From Amoebophrya sp. A120 (Eukaryota > Protista > Dinoflagellata), in NCBI GenBank assembly GCA_905178155.1, contig CAJINV010000005.1, positions 2,544,054 to 2,608,053 of the forward strand: a stretch of 64,000 nt of DNA. The letters run 5' to 3'. The notes under the pieces are model-generated. The model saw only the letters and a list, made by a program, of their open reading frames with translations. It searched no databases and was not told the DNA's origin. The stretch's first letter is position 1. Each line of letters begins with the position of its first letter. Made by a program: the position numbers and the translations under genes. Positions 61,101-64,000 of this stretch are shown here, one piece after another.

Positions 61101-64000
61101 GTCCTTCTTCATCCGCCGTCGAGGACGGCAGCTCCACCTGTGCGGAAAGTCGTGGAAGTTTATTTTCCGACGATGACCAAGTCGCAGCTGGATCTTCTTG
61201 TTCCCAAGACGACTATTTCCCCTTGCAAGAGATCGCTCGGGAGGAAGGGTCCGACATCGATGTGACGGTCTATGTGAACGACACGTCCAGGTTTGGTGGC
61301 GGCATGCAGCACATCACCCCCGTGGTGCACAGCCTGCTCACCTATCCACAGTAAATTTCCCGTACACGTACACCTGCGGTCTCTGCATGACAAAAATTGG
61401 CTTCCATCCTAGTCTAGCATGACAAGGTTTACGCTTTAAATTGGTAAAATTTGTGATGCATCTTGTACATGTACGGGAAATTTGTATTGCATATCACCCA
61501 ACGGGCGCAGTTCAACCGCGAACTTGCGGCAGAACAGCAAGATTCCATGGTGGTGGCGAACCCGGGAAAATTGGTGCTGCCCCACTCGCAGATCGAAAAC
61601 GTGATCATGAAGCCAAGTGCGTTTGTTGGACTTCGACACAGCCACTCTTCTAAAATTTCTGCCCGACTGGACATCAAATTGGCGCCCAAGCGACTGTGCG
61701 ACCTGATGCTGGACGTATTGGCATCAAACGCGAAAGGTAAGAGAGGAGTCTCCACTTCCGCGACCAGCACCGTAGAGGAAGCTAAAAAGGTCCAGAAACA
61801 GCACTTTCTCTCCCGGATGCAGTTTTGCAGTGAGCGCCTCTCCGGGGACGGCAAGCTAAAACGAATTTTGGACACTTTGGACCCACACGTCCGCGCTTTT
61901 GTCCGGGAAGCGAAGCGCTGGTTCCAGCAGCGGAAGCGGGAGATCGGGGGCTTCAAACAGCAGGGATTGAACGGGATCTCTATCACTCTGCTCGCGTTAT
62001 TTTTTCTCAAACACGGTTCGGGCTACCGCAGCGACCCGATCATGCGAAACGCGCTGCTGGCTCCCGGTAGCAAGATGAGAAAAGCGGCACACAAACTGCG
62101 GAAAGAGGCTGGAATCGACATGGCAAGCAGAGGACTTCATCTGCAAAGTGAACCACTGCCCGCCGCTCGCAATCCTGAACTTCTCGTAGAAGTGAGCCAG
62201 CAGCTGGCGGAAGACCGCGGCAGAGAGGAGAAATTTTTGCAGTCTCTGTTCGTCCTGCGCATGCTGGTTGATTTTCTCTCCTTTCTCGTGCGCATCTACG
62301 AGGTCGTTGGCATTATGTCTACGAACGACTCGAACAAGCACCTGCAAGGTACAACCGGAGTTGCAGCGGGCGCACGTGCAGCGGAGGCGGAGGTCGCGCA
62401 TATGGCTATAATCACTCAACTGCAGATTCGGTGTGAGGAAGTTCTTGCGGGTGTAGATAAAGATGCCAGTCCGGAAGACAAGCTCTGGGGCTTCGATTGC
62501 GTCAGCAACTACGACGAGGAGCTGTTTTCTTCCGCACTGGTGAGCAAAACCGGAGCTGCTCCTGGGACACCGCTACTCCACCAAACCAGAACGCCAGGAG
62601 CGCCGCACGAATCACGAATACTAGTACACGACTGCGAAAAAAAATCATCCCTTCCAACGCACGGCCCGCTGCCCGACAGCTTTACGGGAAAACTTCGGCC
62701 GCAGAGCCCACTGCTGTATCTCGCCAACCCCGGCGACACGTTGTCCGAGGCGTTCTCGCTCGTCGTGGGCAGTTTGGTGCGTGTGAAATCTTTTTCGAAA
62801 GAGGATTTGGAGAACAAAATCGTAGATCCAGCGGAACAGAACAAGGCAGCTACTGCGGAACAAGTGGAACCGCACCATGACCATGATGTTGACCACCGGA
62901 TTAAAGATTTGTTCAAAGCCTCTGTCGCTGGACGCGCGGTGAGTCTTCCGACCTACAGCACTGTGCAGGATGAGAAGGGTGCGACATTACCAGCTGGACC
63001 ACCACGAGGACCTCCAAAGGGCAGTGCTACTGAGGCGAAAGCTCTCTTACCGGAAGGCGCCGTCGGTGAAGTGATTCGTATCGAGCTGCAGCACGACACC
63101 TTGCGCGACTCCAAGGGCAAATCTCTGTTTTTGAAGGACCATCTCCCTGTGACGGATTTGGACGCTGTGCAGGCTGTGTATGTGCGATTCGCGCTTCCAA
63201 ACGACGACCACCAGGGCACGGCCCGCGTTGAGAATATTAAATCCGTAACGATCCGTCTTCACCCACATGAGCTGGTTTACCCCTTCTTGCACGGAAAAAA
63301 AACGGGCGTCTCGTTGGGCATGGCTCCCGCAGGACAAGCTTCGCCAAAAGTTGGAGTTGTAGAGGATGGCGACGATCTTTTTCCGCAAGAGGAGACTAGA
63401 AGTTTCGTCGGCGTGAAGGTTTCTCTCGTGAATCCCTTCAAAAAGCAGTGCGAAACATTCTACACCTGGTCCATTACCCCGCCGCACAAGCTGTTTCAGA
63501 ATTCCGTCGCGAATCTCCAGGGAAAGTTGGTCCGACTGGTGGGAAGGACCTTCCAGCCCGACGAGGCGCACCAGCAGTTCTATTTTCTGGACGAAAGCGA
63601 CATCGCCCGAGGTAGTACGATAATCTCATCGGAAGCAGAAGTACCGCAACAAAAATTATCGTCGCCGCCCGTTCTCGGCACGGTCCCAATCGACCAAGCT
63701 AGAAGGCAGACGCAGAAAAAGCGGCAGTTGAATGCGTTCTCCAACGCTGTCTCTGGTTTTTACGACGGTTTAGTACAGCGGGGGCCCACTTTACCGCAAT
63801 CGCAAGACCGCAATGCCGGCTTGCGCAGTTTCTTTCAGACCTCGCCAGAAGTGAGTCAGTCTACTCATTTTGAGGCGGCGGGAGCAGACACCTCCGCCGT
63901 TGCAGGCGCGAAGAAGGTGATGCGGGAAATCAAAAGATTGCGAGAGCGAGAAGTAGGTAGAGATGCAGCAACAACCAGTGGCTCGCATCAGCATAAGATA
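49165..64000 (+). CDS. Giant hypothetical protein (>4,400 aa, 3'-incomplete) with signal-like N-terminus and RS-rich tracts
   Basis: ORFs at 49165, 50024 and 53510 join in frame after removing 5 introners and GT-AG intron 50030-50226. The frame from 61499 has no listed stop and appears open to the window end. Confidence 0.75.
49335..49613. mobile_element. Introner family A (opposite orientation to 5809-6092)
   Basis: ~32-bp near-perfect TIR; DR GAGCT/GAGCT. Confidence 0.93.
49659..49911. mobile_element. Introner family B
   Basis: DR TTCTT/TTCTT. Confidence 0.92.
53059..53293. mobile_element. Introner family G (TATGGCGTTCTCAAACGTTACATTCT)
   Basis: ~40-bp near-perfect TIR; DR AGTGA/AGTGA. 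Confidence 0.93.
53342..53603. mobile_element. Introner family B
   Basis: DR TGGTA/TGGTG. Confidence 0.9.
60440..60650 (+). repeat. Coding minisatellite (~15-bp GCAGGTCGGCAAGGA units) encoding an RS-rich tract
   Basis: Tandem degenerate units flanked by duplicated AIQMPAKQVAQD / AIEMQAKQV...VAQD coding blocks. Confidence 0.75.
61343..61493. mobile_element. Introner family H
   Basis: DR TCACC/TCACC. Confidence 0.9.

Noticed and set aside
973-61493. Paramecium-type TA-bounded IESs excised from DNA
   Set aside because: Frame restoration needs loss of both TAs plus a 5-bp repeat copy, and the DNA is GC-balanced with standard stop codons. DNA-level excision is not formally excluded without data.
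63-64000. Alternative genetic code or widespread pseudogenisation to explain broken ORFs
   Set aside because: The standard code gives intact proteins once the elements are removed.

Overview
Eukaryotic genomic DNA, most consistent with the parasitic dinoflagellate Amoebophrya (Syndiniales); the organism is inferred from intron architecture and not proven. The ORF track is fragmented because the genes, all on the + strand, are interrupted by about 58 short inserts, mostly 150-480 bp. Each insert has the form 5-bp direct repeat + TA...TA terminal inverted repeat (TIR) element + 5-bp direct repeat. Removing each element plus one repeat copy restores the reading frame, so they behave as transposon-derived non-canonical introns (introners) from at least 9 TIR families. 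Hand splicing gives: (1) a tandem array of seven paralogues (63-35276) for secreted proteins with a Cys/Trp-rich kringle-like domain and Thr-rich tails; (2) a HAD-family hydrolase; (3) a UvrD/FBH1-like helicase with an inserted Zn finger; (4) a secreted glucose/sorbosone dehydrogenase-family protein; (5) a >4,400-aa protein of unknown function running off the window. Main observations: conserved residues fix a '4+1' splice register; the same family occurs in both orientations; all families share a subterminal GCAT(G/C/T)ACAA motif; old copies drift toward GT/AG; elements are nested; a 1.74-kb TA-inserted palindromic element has its empty site in a paralogue; and one introner end appears overwritten by spliced-junction sequence. 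All splicing is inferred from DNA alone.
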